Below the pieces are notes generated by a model. It did no database searches and had not been told where the DNA came from. It saw only the letters and a program-made list of their open reading frames with translations. Below, in pieces: positions 28,701-40,147 of a stretch of 64,000 bases of DNA. Within the stretch, counting starts at the first letter, position 1, and the number at the start of each line of letters is the position of its first letter. A program made the position numbers and the translations under genes. Location of the stretch: NCBI GenBank assembly GCA_904393845.1, contig CAJFNB010000002.1, positions 638 to 64,637 of the forward strand. The letters run 5' to 3'. The DNA is from Candidatus Alloclostridium intestinigallinarum. GTDB taxonomy: Bacteria > Bacillota > Clostridia > Christensenellales > UBA3700.

Positions 28701-28832
28701 TACAGTATTTTAATTTACTGCTTGTACTATCAAAAGATAATAAAAACGCAGTACTTAAATTTACTGCTTTTATTGTCTTACATATGAGCGTAAGACAATA
28801 ATAAAAACGCAGTACCGCCGCGGCGGTACTGC
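28701..28832 (-). terminator. Array of three related terminator hairpins (tandemly duplicated module) plus one extra hairpin
   Basis: The 18-mer ATAATAAAAACGCAGTAC occurs at 28737-54 and 28798-815, and the 12-mer AATTTACTGCTT at 28712-23 and 28758-69. Hairpins are GCAGTACCGCCG/CGGCGGTACTGC (28809-32), GCAGTA/TACTGC (28748-67) and CAGTA/TACTG (28703-20). Each is followed on the minus strand by a T-rich run. An 11-bp hairpin TATTGTCTTAC/GTAAGACAATA (28771-800) lies between them. Confidence 0.55.
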
Positions 28833-28882
28833 TCGTGCGCGGCGATTCGGCGCGCGCCCTAGGAATGTACTATTCGTGCAAA

Positions 28883-29062
28883 TCAGTTGCAGGAATTATT
28901 GCAGCCGCCGCAGCAGCTGAGCGCCACGAGGACGGGAATTATGTTGCAGTTGCAGCCGCCGCCACAGCCCGAATTGCCGCAGCTGTTGCCCAGCCCGCCG
29001 CAGCACATAAGTAAGAGTATGATCCACAAGCAGTCACAGCCGCCGAAATCAAAGTTATTCAT
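28883..29062 (-). CDS. 59-aa Cys/Gly/Asn-rich micropeptide (not in ORF track)
   Basis: Hand translation gives MNNFDFGGCDCLWIILLLMCCGGLGNSCGNSGCGGGCNCNIIPVLVALSCCGGCNNSCN*. SD GGAGGA lies 5 nt before the ATG at 29062, and the stop TGA is at 28885-83. A perfect terminator hairpin starts about 50 nt downstream. Confidence 0.55.
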   Translation of the reverse strand: MNNFDFGGCDCLWIILLLMCCGGLGNSCGNSGCGGGCNCNIIPVLVALSCCGGCNNSCN

Positions 29063-29140
29063 ATGCTTCCTCCATATTATTGGCGTATTTTCGCCTTCTG
29101 GTACACAATACGCAAAATAAAGGAAAAGTGTTACCGCCGT

Positions 29141-29169
29141 TTGACAAAAAAGTATATACAGGGTATAAT
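29141..29169 (+). promoter_or_regulatory. Consensus sigma-A promoter for glyQS
   Basis: TTGACA (29141-46), 17-nt spacer, TATAAT (29164-69). Confidence 0.6.
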
Positions 29170-29201
29170 GTCATAGATAATTTAATTATACGGAGCATAT
29201 T

Positions 29202-30587
29202 ATGGCACAATTGACAATGGACAAACTTGTGGCACTTTGCAAAGGCAGAGGTTTCATATATCCCGGAAGCGAGATTTACGGCGGCCTTGCGAATACGTGG
29301 GATTACGGTCCCCTGGGCGTTGAGTTGAAAAACAACGTAAAGCGCGCATGGTGGAAGAAGTTCGTGCAGGAAAACACGCTGAATACGGGTATTGACTGCG
29401 CAATTTTAATGAATCCCAACGTGTGGGTGGCAAGCGGTCATGTGGGCGGTTTCAGCGACCCTCTTATGGACTGCCGCGCCTGCAAATCGCGCCACCGTGC
29501 GGATAATCTTATAGAAGATTATATGAAAAAGCACAACTGCGAAGAATCCATCGCCGGCTGGGACAACGCCAAAATGGAAAAGTATATCGCAGACCATAAA
29601 ATTCCCTGCCCCGTGTGCGGCAAAAGCGATTTTACGGGAGTAAGGCAATTCAACCTGATGTTCAAAACTTTCCAGGGCGTTACCGAAGACAGCGTGAGCA
29701 CACTTTACCTGCGCCCCGAAACCGCCCAGGGAATTTTCGTCAACTTCCTGAACGTCCAGCGCACCTCACGCATGAAAGTGCCTTTCGGCATAGGTCAGAT
29801 AGGTAAGAGCTTCAGAAACGAAATCACTCCCGGCAACTTCATATTCCGCGTGAGGGAGTTTGAGCAGATGGAACTCGAATTCTTCTGCAAACCCGGCACG
29901 GACCTGGAATGGTTCGCATATTGGAAGGAATTCTGCAAAAACTGGCTGCTCGGACTGGGCATTAAGGAAGAAAACCTCAAACTGCGCGACCACGACCCGG
30001 AAGAGCTGGCGTTCTACTCCAACGCTACGACAGACTTCGAATTCAAATTCCCCTTCGGCTGGGGCGAATTGTGGGGCGTTGCGGACAGGACGGATTACGA
30101 CCTGAAAGCGCACATGAAAGTCAGCGGCAAGTCGCTTGAATACACCGACCCCGTGACGAATGAAAAATACGTACCTTATGTAATAGAGCCTTCCCTGGGC
30201 GTGGAAAGAATGGTTCTCGCCATTCTGTGCAACGCTTACGAAGAAGAGGAAGCGGACGGCGAAACGCGCGTAGTATTGAAATTGCATCACGCTCTCGCCC
30301 CCTATAAAGTGGCGGTGCTCCCCCTGCAAAAGAAGGCGCTCGGCGAAAAGAGCGAAGAAATCTACCGCGCGCTTAGCAAGGAGTTTATGTGCACTTACGA
30401 CGAAAGCGGCTCCATCGGCAAGCGTTACAGAAGACAGGACGAGATAGGAACGCCCTACTGCGTGACCGTCGACTTCGAAACTTTGGAAAACGACACCGTG
30501 ACCGTCCGCGAACGCGACACTATGGCGCAGATAAGACTCCCCATAGAAAGACTTGCGGACTATTTCAGGGAAAACCTGGTTTACTGA
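29202..30587 (+). CDS. glyQS: Glycine--tRNA ligase (dimeric class II GlyQS type)
   Basis: 461 aa. [30 protein letters not shown]..., [25 protein letters not shown] (motif 2), and a C-terminal anticodon-binding domain. Confidence 0.95.
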   Translation: MAQLTMDKLVALCKGRGFIYPGSEIYGGLANTWDYGPLGVELKNNVKRAWWKKFVQENTLNTGIDCAILMNPNVWVASGHVGGFSDPLMDCRACKSRHRADNLIEDYMKKHNCEESIAGWDNAKMEKYIADHKIPCPVCGKSDFTGVRQFNLMFKTFQGVTEDSVSTLYLRPETAQGIFVNFLNVQRTSRMKVPFGIGQIGKSFRNEITPGNFIFRVREFEQMELEFFCKPGTDLEWFAYWKEFCKNWLLGLGIKEENLKLRDHDPEELAFYSNATTDFEFKFPFGWGELWGVADRTDYDLKAHMKVSGKSLEYTDPVTNEKYVPYVIEPSLGVERMVLAILCNAYEEEEADGETRVVLKLHHALAPYKVAVLPLQKKALGEKSEEIYRALSKEFMCTYDESGSIGKRYRRQDEIGTPYCVTVDFETLENDTVTVRERDTMAQIRLPIERLADYFRENLVY

Positions 30588-30607
30588 TAACATTAACTTC
30601 AACAATT

Positions 30608-30632
30608 GCGCCGCGTTTGCGGCGCTTTTTGT
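30608..30632 (+). terminator. Rho-independent terminator after glyQS
   Basis: GCGCCGC-GTTT-GCGGCGC followed by TTTTTGTTT. Confidence 0.7.
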
Positions 30633-30851
30633 TTGCCCTTTTCAGGCTTAGGACGCTTTTTCGTAATACGGCGTTTTTCCGCCGGCGCATTTGTTTTGCC
30701 GATTATATGTATATTTTATGCACTTTTATTTATTTTAGGCGATATGTGGCGAAAAATGAAATTTATTGCAAAAAATTTATGCGGAACACGCAGGTGAAAT
30801 ACCTTGGTTTTCCGCATTTTCATCTATGTACATTTTGTGCACTTAATATGA

Positions 30852-30880
30852 TAAAAAACAGGGACGGCTGTTGCCGTCCC
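30852..30880 (-). terminator. Rho-independent terminator after guaB
   Basis: GGGACGGC-AACA-GCCGTCCC followed by TGTTTTTTAT on the minus strand, 11 nt after the stop. Confidence 0.7.
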
Positions 30881-30891
30881 GAATTTTACGT

Positions 30892-32409
<1,518 letters not shown>

Positions 32410-32524
32410 TCAAATACATTGAGTACATTTACCGCATATTCGTAACTTTACCGCGCCCGCGCAGAGTATTTTGCGCGCGCAAGCGGCTTTTAATAATATA
32501 TTTGCAAAACTTGCGCGCCAGGTG

Positions 32525-32553
32525 TTGAAAATATTTTTTACTTTTGTTATACT
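32525..32553 (+). promoter_or_regulatory. Sigma-A type promoter for the GH3 gene
   Basis: TTGAAA (32525-30), 17-nt spacer, TATACT (32548-53). Confidence 0.5.
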
Positions 32554-32584
32554 AAGTTAGATAAACTATTCTACGGAGTGTATT

Positions 32585-35272
32585 ATGAACGGCGAAGTTA
32601 ATATCGACGAGCTGATTTCCAAACTTACCCTGGAAGAAAAGGCGGGGCTGTGCAGCGGTCGCGACTACTGGACGACAAAACCCGTCGCAAGGCTGGGCAT
32701 ACCCACCGTGCGTATGTCGGACGGTCCCCACGGTCTCAGACTGGAGATGGAGGACAACGACAAGTCGATGAACGAATCTTATCCCGCGACGGCGTTTCCC
32801 CCCGCCGCAACTTTTGCAAGCTCGTGGGACGTTTCCATTGCGGGACAGATGGGTGAAGAGATAGCCATTCAATGCCTCGACCAGGACGTTTCGGTTATCC
32901 TGGGTCCCGGCGTGAATATCAAGCGTTCGCCGCTTTGCGGACGCAATTTCGAATATCTGAGCGAAGACCCCTATCTTTCTTCGCGTATGTGCGTAGGCTA
33001 CGTCGGCGGCGTGCAGAAACATAACGTGGGCGTTTCCGTAAAGCATTTTTGCGCAAACAACCAGGAATCGCGCCGCATGACCATAAACGCGGTCGTGGAC
33101 GAACGCGCCCTGCGCGAGATATATATGCCCGCATTCGAAAGCGCGGTGAAGGAAGCCCAGCCGTGGACGATAATGTGTTCGTACAACCGCGTGAACGGCG
33201 AATACGCTTCCGACAACAAGCGTCTTCTTACCGATATTCTGCGCAACGAATGGGGATTCAAGGGAATTGTGGTAAGCGACTGGAACGCCACGAACAACCG
33301 CGTTCAGGGCGTAAAGGCGGGGCTTGACCTGGAAATGCCCTATTCGGGCGGACTTACCGACAAGTACATTGTCAAAGCGGTTAAAAACGGCGAACTCGCC
33401 GAAGAAGAACTCGATAAAGTCGTGCGCAGAGTGCTGGAATTCGTATATAAATGCGCTTCCAACCAATACAGCGGCGTAGAGGCTGACTACGAGCGCGGAC
33501 ATAAACTCGCCCGCCATATTGCGGAAAGCTCCGCCGTGCTTCTTAAGAACGAGGGAAAGGCGCTTCCGCTTTCCGACGACGAAGACATCGCGCTTATCGG
33601 CGAACTCGCGCGCACTAGCAGGTACCAGGGTTCGGGCAGTTCGCGCATAAATCCCTATAAGCTGGTTTCGCTTACGGAAGCCATGACGGCAGAGGGCAAA
33701 AAGTTCGCTTTCGAGCCCGGTTACACGACGGATAACGCCAATCCCGACGACGACCTGATAACCAGGGCGGTGGAACTTGCAAAGACGAAAAAAACGGTGG
33801 TTGCGGCGATAGGCCTTACCGAGGACTACGAATGTGAAGGCTACGACCGCTCGCATATTGATTTGCCCGAGGCTCAGAACAGACTGCTTTCCGCGCTCAC
33901 GAAAGTGTGCGACAACGTAATAGTCGTACTCTACGGCGGTTCGCCCGTGGCAATGCCCTGGATAGGCGACGTAAAGGCGGTGCTGAACGCGTATCTGCCC
34001 GGCGAAGCGGGCGGCGAAGCGGTGTGCAGACTGCTTTACGGCAAAGTGAATCCCAGCGGCAAACTTGCGGAAACCTATCCTCTCTCCCTCGACGACTACC
34101 TTGCTTCAAAGTATTTCGGCATGGGTCCCAAGGTGGTGGAACACCGCGAAAGCATTTTCGTGGGCTACCGCTACTACGACAGCGCGGAAAAGGAAGTCCT
34201 CTTCCCCTTCGGCTACGGTCTTTCCTATACCACTTTCGAATATTCAAACCTGAAGATAGACGGAGCGAAGGTATCGTTCACCGTGACCAACACGGGCGAT
34301 ATGGACGGCGCGGAAGTGTGCCAGCTTTATGTGGGCGCGCGCAACTCGCGCGTGTTCAGGGCGAAGAAGGAGTTGAAGAGGTTTGTAAAAGTCTTCCTGA
34401 AAAAGGGTCAGTCCACAGACGTGACTTTCACTCTGGACGACAGGTGCTTTGCCTTCTATAATACGGAAATAAACGACTGGTATGTGGAAAACTGCGACTA
34501 CGAGATAATGGTGGGCGCAAGCTCGCGCGATATCCGCCTGAGCGGCACTATCCGCATATCGGGAAGAGCCGTGGCGCCCATGCCCGATTATGTGAGCAAA
34601 TGCCCTTCCTACTTCAGAATAGGCGAAGTAGACAGTATAAGCGACGAGGAGTTCACCCGTCTGTACGGCAAAAAACTCCCCTCCAACGAGCCTTCAAGGC
34701 GCGGCGAGTTCGACCTTACCACAACTTTGGGAGAGTTGAGCTGCTGCCTTATCGGCAAGATTATCATAAAGGTAGCCCCTTCCGTGATAAAGGGACAGGT
34801 GGAAAATCCGGACATGACGACCATGCTCATGCTTATGCAGGGAATGAGAGAACTGCCCCTGCGCGGACTGATAGGCATTTCCGGCGGAATAGCGGATATA
34901 AAAGTTGTACGCGGCATGATGGAATGGGGTAACAGACACCGTCTGAAAGGTCTTTTCCTGATGATAGCAGGACTGTTTGCGACGTTGGGCAACATCTCCC
35001 GCCAGAAGGTGGAAAAAGCGCTTAAACGCGACGAACGCAAGGCGGCGCGCGAAGAAGCTGCCAAGGCTAAAGCCGAGGCGAAGGCGCTGGCGGCGGAGGA
35101 AGAAGCCAGGGCGAAGGCGGAAAAAGCCGCAAGAAAGGAAGAAGCGAAAGCGGAAAAAGCAGCGAGAAAGGAAGAGGCCAAGGCGTCCTCCCCCACGATG
35201 CGCGAAAGGTTCTCCAGCTTCTTTTCAAGCGACGAAAAGAAGGACGATAGCGAAAAGAAAGGCAGACAGTAA
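32585..35272 (+). CDS. GH3 beta-glucosidase-like glycoside hydrolase with an atypical ~235-aa C-terminal extension
   Basis: 895 aa. GIPTVRMSDGPHGLR, KHFCANNQE, GIVVSDWNA (nucleophile Asp), and an Fn3-like domain ending near nt 34560. This is followed by hydrophobic segments and an E/A/K/R-rich tail. No signal peptide. Confidence 0.88.
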   Translation: MNGEVNIDELISKLTLEEKAGLCSGRDYWTTKPVARLGIPTVRMSDGPHGLRLEMEDNDKSMNESYPATAFPPAATFASSWDVSIAGQMGEEIAIQCLDQDVSVILGPGVNIKRSPLCGRNFEYLSEDPYLSSRMCVGYVGGVQKHNVGVSVKHFCANNQESRRMTINAVVDERALREIYMPAFESAVKEAQPWTIMCSYNRVNGEYASDNKRLLTDILRNEWGFKGIVVSDWNATNNRVQGVKAGLDLEMPYSGGLTDKYIVKAVKNGELAEEELDKVVRRVLEFVYKCASNQYSGVEADYERGHKLARHIAESSAVLLKNEGKALPLSDDEDIALIGELARTSRYQGSGSSRINPYKLVSLTEAMTAEGKKFAFEPGYTTDNANPDDDLITRAVELAKTKKTVVAAIGLTEDYECEGYDRSHIDLPEAQNRLLSALTKVCDNVIVVLYGGSPVAMPWIGDVKAVLNAYLPGEAGGEAVCRLLYGKVNPSGKLAETYPLSLDDYLASKYFGMGPKVVEHRESIFVGYRYYDSAEKEVLFPFGYGLSYTTFEYSNLKIDGAKVSFTVTNTGDMDGAEVCQLYVGARNSRVFRAKKELKRFVKVFLKKGQSTDVTFTLDDRCFAFYNTEINDWYVENCDYEIMVGASSRDIRLSGTIRISGRAVAPMPDYVSKCPSYFRIGEVDSISDEEFTRLYGKKLPSNEPSRRGEFDLTTTLGELSCCLIGKIIIKVAPSVIKGQVENPDMTTMLMLMQGMRELPLRGLIGISGGIADIKVVRGMMEWGNRHRLKGLFLMIAGLFATLGNISRQKVEKALKRDERKAAREEAAKAKAEAKALAAEEEARAKAEKAARKEEAKAEKAARKEEAKASSPTMRERFSSFFSSDEKKDDSEKKGRQ

Positions 35273-35295
35273 GCATTAAAAACAGAAACGGTACG

Positions 35296-35325
35296 AAAAA
35301 GCTCCGCAAAATTGCGGAGCTTTTT
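35296..35325. terminator. Bidirectional terminator shared by the GH3 gene and the lipoprotein gene
   Basis: AAAAA-GCTCCGC-AAAATT-GCGGAGC-TTTTT. Confidence 0.7.
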
Positions 35326-35372
35326 GCACAACGCGGGCTTTCGCCACCGGATTTCGGTAAAGGCGTTTTCCG

Positions 35373-36101
35373 TCACACGGCTATCGTATCGCTCGTTTCA
35401 CCCTCTTCGGCGACGCTCTTACGGGTGGACACGACTTCACCCGTCTTACTGTCTATAAGCGCCGCCCAATAATCGTCCCTGTCCTTTATAAAGGACACGA
35501 ACCAGTAATAACCGCCGTTCGGGTCGTGGTCGTTGCGCACAAGTTTAACATAGGTTTCCCTGCCGAATTCGCCTTCCGCCAAAGCGGCGTCTATCTCCGC
35601 CTTGAAGGCGTTTGCGGCGATTTCCAGCGCCTTTTTGTTGTCTATTTCCGTCACGGCGTTTTCAAGCGGGACTTCCTTCACGTTTTCGCCATACGTGACC
35701 GTAACCGAGCGGATAGCCCCTATACTTGCAATGTCCGTAAGAGAAGCGCTCGACGACACCCCGAAGCTGTCCTTTTCCAAACTTCCCTGCAACGTGCCCG
35801 ACTCACCGGTGAGTACGTAGGTATATTCAAAGTTGAGAAGCGCGGGCTTTAAGGGGCGCAGGGTAAGTTTTACGCTGTCCTTCAATTCCCCCACCTTGCC
35901 GTCGGAGATGAACAACTCTTCCCTGTTCACGCCCGTAACGGACACTTCGAAGTCTTCGGTCGCGCCGAAGTAATACATATATTGGTCGTAACTCAGCGTT
36001 TTGGTTATGTCGAATTCGTCATCGCCCGTACAGGCGGCAAGACCTATCGCGGTTACGGCTGAAATCAAGACAAGTACGGTTATCAATATTTTCCTTTTCA
36101 T
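35373..36101 (-). CDS. Lipoprotein with C-terminal PepSY-like domain
   Basis: 242 aa. MKRKILITVLVLISAVTAIGLAAC lipobox. The C-terminal YYWFVSFIKDRDDYWAALIDSKTGEVV resembles the PepSY signature. Confidence 0.55.
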   Translation of the reverse strand: MKRKILITVLVLISAVTAIGLAACTGDDEFDITKTLSYDQYMYYFGATEDFEVSVTGVNREELFISDGKVGELKDSVKLTLRPLKPALLNFEYTYVLTGESGTLQGSLEKDSFGVSSSASLTDIASIGAIRSVTVTYGENVKEVPLENAVTEIDNKKALEIAANAFKAEIDAALAEGEFGRETYVKLVRNDHDPNGGYYWFVSFIKDRDDYWAALIDSKTGEVVSTRKSVAEEGETSDTIAV

Positions 36102-36201
36102 GTTGACCTCCTGTGACGTTAAATATTATGAGAAAATATCCGCTTATATGACCCTTGTCCGAAAATAGGCAAAAAATATTGCAGCGGAACGGAAAGTACG
36201 C

Positions 36202-36252
36202 AAAAAAAAGCGCGCTCCTCCGCGCCGCAATAAAAAACGCGCGGGAGCGCGC
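36202..36252 (-). terminator. GC-rich compound terminator ending the V-ATPase operon
   Basis: GCGCGCTCC (36210-18) pairs with GGAGCGCGC (36244-52) around an inner GC hairpin. A T8 run follows on the minus strand. Confidence 0.5.
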
Positions 36253-36328
36253 GGCTCTCCGCCCGTAATAATCTGCAAAGCAACTAAGAAATATCGACCG
36301 GTTTATACCGAAAATAACGCCTGTGCGC

Positions 36329-36973
36329 TCATTTGCCGCCGTCTTCAGGCGATATCATGCTCTTTACTTTCATAAGCCGCACGGTAGCGGAACGCTCGTT
36401 TTCGTCCAGCTTCATCGTGATGTAACGGATTGTTTCTTCCGTCTGGGGAATCATGACGTATTCAAGGGCGTTCACGCGGCGGCGGTTCTTTTCTATTTCG
36501 ATGGCGAGCATATTGCACGCCTTTTCCACCTGCGCCAGACGGATAAGTTTTTCCGCAAGTTTTGTTACCGTGACGATGGAAGCGTCCAGCTGAGCCGTGA
36601 CCCTGGCAAAGGAATAGGGGAAAGTTTCACCTTCCTCTTCCTCTTTTATATCCATTTTGGGAACGGTGACGCTCATTATATTCTCCGTATCCGCCTGCAC
36701 GCGTATGTGTTTTGAAGGCATGGCGAGCGCTTCTTCGATAACGTAATCTTCGCAGCACGAACGGGCAAGGGCGAAGCCGCGCAACGCGCCCGCAAGTTCA
36801 TCTTCCACCTCGCGGCGCAGGCGCTTGTTCTCCTTTGCAAGCTCCACAAAACGGCGCACCATCTCGTCCGACTTGTCTTTAAGCATTTTATGCCCCTTGA
36901 CAGCCGTGGCGAGCCTGCGCTTTAAGTTGCGAAGCTCCATTCGCGTGGGATTTACGTTCAGCCTTTCCGCCAT
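36329..36973 (-). CDS. ntpD: V-type ATPase subunit D
   Basis: 214 aa. NVNPTRMELRNLKRRLATAVKGHKMLKDK opening. Last gene of the operon. Confidence 0.9.
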   Translation of the reverse strand: MAERLNVNPTRMELRNLKRRLATAVKGHKMLKDKSDEMVRRFVELAKENKRLRREVEDELAGALRGFALARSCCEDYVIEEALAMPSKHIRVQADTENIMSVTVPKMDIKEEEEGETFPYSFARVTAQLDASIVTVTKLAEKLIRLAQVEKACNMLAIEIEKNRRRVNALEYVMIPQTEETIRYITMKLDENERSATVRLMKVKSMISPEDGGK

Positions 36974-38373
36974 TATTCCTCCTCCGCCTTACGGGCGGCG
37001 ACCGCGGGACGGTAGTATTTTTCCAGGAATTCGTCCCTTACGCGCTTCATCTCCCCTTCGGGAAGCATGGAAAGCAACTTCCAGCCTATATCCAGAGTTT
37101 CCCCTATCGTCCTGTTTTTGTCAAAGCCCTGGTTCAGATACTCCTTTTCAAACTCCTGCGCAAAAGCGGCGTAGATTCTGTCCACGGGCGTAAGCGCGGC
37201 GTCGCCGAGCACCGCGGCAAGTTCCTTGGCGTCCTTACCCTGCGCATACGCGGAAAAGAGCTGGTTCATGTTGTCGGAGTGGTCCTCCCTCGTCTTGCCC
37301 GCGCCGATACCCTTCTGCTTCAACCTTGAAAGGGACGGCAGTACGTCGATGGGCGGATTTATGTTCTTCTTGTAAAGTTCGCGGCTCAAAATTATCTGCC
37401 CTTCCGTAATGTACCCGGTAAGGTCGGGAATAGGGTGCGTTTTGTCGTCCTCGGGCATGGTGAGAATGGGTATCTGGGTGATAGAGCCTTTCTTACCTAT
37501 TATTCTGCCCGCGCGCTCGTACATTGTGGCAAGGTCGGTATACAGATAGCCCGGATAACCGCGCCTGCCCGGCACTTCCTTTCTCGCCGCGGAGACTTCG
37601 CGCAGCGCCTCGCAATAGTTGGTTATATCCGTCATTATCACGAGCACGTGCATATCCTTTTCAAACGCGAGATACTCCGCCGCCGTAAGAGCCATTCTCG
37701 GCGTGGATATGCGCTCGACGGCGGGGTCGTTTGCCAGATTGATAAACATAACGCTGCGCTCGATAGCGCCCGTCCTTCTGAAATCTGACATGAAGAAGTC
37801 GGCTTCTTCATACGTTATTCCCATCGCCGCGAATACGACGGCGAATTTTTCCGAATCGTCAAGCACCTTTGCCTGCCTTGCTATCTGGGCGGCAAGTTCC
37901 GCGTGCGGAAGTCCCGACATACTGAACACGGGCAGTTTCTGCCCCCTGACAAGCGTATTCAGTCCGTCTATCGCGGAAATACCCGTCTGAATGAATTCGT
38001 CGGGATAGTCGCGCGCGGCGGGATTGATGGGGCTGCCGTTTACGTCCAGCCTTTCTGCCGCGATTACCGGCGCGCCGCCGTCTTTGGGTCTGCCAAGACC
38101 GTCGAATACCCTGCCGAGCATATCTTCACTGACCGCAAGTTCCATGCTCCTGCCCAGAAAACGCGCTTTGGACGTGGACATCTGAATGCCCTGGGAGTTC
38201 TCGAACAGCTGTACCATCGCCTTGTCGCCGTCCACTTCAAGCACCTTGCCCAGGCGCACTCCGCCGTCTTTCGCGGTTATCTCCACAAGTTCGTCGTACT
38301 TTACGCCCTCGACGCCTTCAACCAGCATGAGCGGTCCGACTATTTCTCTTATTGTCTTGTACTCTTTCAGCAT
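36973..38373 (-). CDS. ntpB: V-type ATPase subunit B
   Basis: 466 aa. [28 protein letters not shown], and conserved non-catalytic nucleotide-site motifs. Confidence 0.95.
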   Translation of the reverse strand: MLKEYKTIREIVGPLMLVEGVEGVKYDELVEITAKDGGVRLGKVLEVDGDKAMVQLFENSQGIQMSTSKARFLGRSMELAVSEDMLGRVFDGLGRPKDGGAPVIAAERLDVNGSPINPAARDYPDEFIQTGISAIDGLNTLVRGQKLPVFSMSGLPHAELAAQIARQAKVLDDSEKFAVVFAAMGITYEEADFFMSDFRRTGAIERSVMFINLANDPAVERISTPRMALTAAEYLAFEKDMHVLVIMTDITNYCEALREVSAARKEVPGRRGYPGYLYTDLATMYERAGRIIGKKGSITQIPILTMPEDDKTHPIPDLTGYITEGQIILSRELYKKNINPPIDVLPSLSRLKQKGIGAGKTREDHSDNMNQLFSAYAQGKDAKELAAVLGDAALTPVDRIYAAFAQEFEKEYLNQGFDKNRTIGETLDIGWKLLSMLPEGEMKRVRDEFLEKYYRPAVAARKAEEE

Positions 38374-38384
38374 ATTGTTACCCC

Positions 38385-40145
38385 TCAGCTTATAAGCGCG
38401 CTTATCTCCTGCGCCATCTGTCTTCCTATTTCTTCAAATCTGCCCTTCTCGTTTTCGGGAATGTATTTGCATCTTCCGATAAGTTCGCGGCTGTTTATCG
38501 CAAGCAGATCGTCCAGATCGGCGCCCTTGTCCAAAGCGTCCCTGCAAAGCGTGTGGCAGTCCAGGATAAGTTTGAGCATGGCAAACTGCTTTTGCAAAGA
38601 AGCGTATGTGTCCACGTCGTTGAACGCGTCCTGGTGCAGATAATCTTCCCTTATTGATTTGGCGGTTTCCATCGTCAGCCTGTCTTCTGGCGAGAGCGCG
38701 TCCATACCCACAAGCCTGACTATCTCGTTAAGTCCCGACTCTTCCTGCAATATCGCCATGGCGCGGTTGCGCTGTTCCACCCAGCGCGAATTGACGTTGT
38801 CGTTATACCACTCCGTCATTCTGTCGCCGTAAAGCGAATAGCTGGCTATCCAGTCTATTGCCGGGAAGTGGCGCTTGTACGCCAGCGAGGACGAAAGCCC
38901 CCAGAATACCTTTACTATACGCAACGTCGCCTGGGAAACGGGTTCCGAAAGGTCGCCGCCAGGAGGCGATACGGCGGAGATGGCGGTTACCGAACCTCTG
39001 CGGTTGTCCGTGCCCAGAGTGTTTACCACGCCCGCGCGCTCGTAGTAACTTGCAAGCCTGGAAGAAAGGTATGCGGGATAGCCTTCCTCGCCCGGCATTT
39101 CCTCCAGCCTGCCCGACATTTCGCGCAGAGCCTCCGCCCAGCGCGAAGAAGAATCCGCCATTATAGCCACATTATAACCCATATCGCGGAAGTATTCGGC
39201 TATGGTTATTCCCGTATATATGGACGCTTCACGCGCCGCCACGGGCATATCCGAGGTATTGGCGATGAGCACGGTGCGCTTCATCAGCGGCTGTCCGCTT
39301 TTGGGGTCGACAAGCTGCGGGAATTCGTTCAGAACGTCCGTCATCTCGTTGCCGCGCTCACCGCAGCCCACGTATACTATTATATCCGCGTCCGCCCATT
39401 TCGCCAGCTGGTGCTGTACGACCGTCTTGCCGCTGCCGAAAGGTCCGGGGATACACGCCGCGCCGCCCTTTGCCACGGGGAAGAAGGTGTCTATTACCCT
39501 CTGCCCGGATATAAGCGGCATGGAAGGCGCAATCTTGCTCTTGTAGGGGCGTCCGACGCGCACGGGCCATTTCTGCATCATGGTCAGCTTTACGTCGCCT
39601 TTTTGCGTTGTTAGGGTGCATACCGTTTCATCTACGGTAAATTCCCCTTCCTTTATGCTCTTCACCTTGCCCGAAACGTAAGGCGGTACCATTATGCGGT
39701 GTTCCACCACGCTGTTTTCCTGCACGGTGCCGATCACGTCGCCGGCTGCGACTTCCGCGCACTTGCCCACGACGGGGGTGAATTTCCATTTCTTGTCGTG
39801 GTCTATGGCGGGCATGTCTATGCCTCTGCCTATCCTGTCGCCGCTCACTTCCATGAGTTTGCGCAGGGGGCGCTGTATTCCGTCGTATATGCCTTCCAGA
39901 AGTCCGGGACCGAGTTCCACCGAAAGCGGCTCGCCCGTTCCTTCCACTTCTTCTCCGGGACCGAGTCCGCCCGTTTCCTCGTAAACCTGTATGGACGCCT
40001 TATCGCCCCTCATCTCTATAACTTCGCCGATGAGGTTGCGCGAGCTTACGCGCACCACGTCGAACATTCTGGCGTCGTCAAGTCCTTCCGCCACGATGAG
40101 CGGTCCGGCGACCTTTACTATCCTTCCCTTTTTCCCTTTTGCCAT
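38385..40145 (-). CDS. ntpA: V-type ATPase catalytic subunit A
   Basis: 586 aa. [15 protein letters not shown], Walker [23 protein letters not shown]. Confidence 0.96.
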   Translation of the reverse strand: MAKGKKGRIVKVAGPLIVAEGLDDARMFDVVRVSSRNLIGEVIEMRGDKASIQVYEETGGLGPGEEVEGTGEPLSVELGPGLLEGIYDGIQRPLRKLMEVSGDRIGRGIDMPAIDHDKKWKFTPVVGKCAEVAAGDVIGTVQENSVVEHRIMVPPYVSGKVKSIKEGEFTVDETVCTLTTQKGDVKLTMMQKWPVRVGRPYKSKIAPSMPLISGQRVIDTFFPVAKGGAACIPGPFGSGKTVVQHQLAKWADADIIVYVGCGERGNEMTDVLNEFPQLVDPKSGQPLMKRTVLIANTSDMPVAAREASIYTGITIAEYFRDMGYNVAIMADSSSRWAEALREMSGRLEEMPGEEGYPAYLSSRLASYYERAGVVNTLGTDNRRGSVTAISAVSPPGGDLSEPVSQATLRIVKVFWGLSSSLAYKRHFPAIDWIASYSLYGDRMTEWYNDNVNSRWVEQRNRAMAILQEESGLNEIVRLVGMDALSPEDRLTMETAKSIREDYLHQDAFNDVDTYASLQKQFAMLKLILDCHTLCRDALDKGADLDDLLAINSRELIGRCKYIPENEKGRFEEIGRQMAQEISALIS

Positions 40146-40147
40146 TG

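Noticed and set aside
28887-29120. 77-aa plus-strand P/Q-rich ORF (TTG start) listed in the track.
   Set aside because: It is the mirror of the Cys/Gly-rich minus-strand ORF (GCN/TGC codons read as CAG/CCG on the opposite strand). It has no SD, uses a TTG start, reaches to within about 20 nt of the glyQS -35, and has no terminator. The minus-strand ORF has an SD and a terminator.
29063-29201. Possible T-box leader upstream of glyQS.
   Set aside because: Only about 30 nt lie between the -10 and the start codon. There is no specifier-loop or T-box (GGTGGTACCGCG-like) sequence and no terminator/antiterminator pair.
30606-30850. 63-aa ORF and an 8-bp stem (ATGCGGAA…TTCCGCAT) between glyQS and guaB.
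   Set aside because: The ORF starts inside the glyQS terminator and has no SD. The stem has a 23-nt loop and no T-tract. Nothing distinguishes it from ordinary AT-rich spacer between two convergent terminators.
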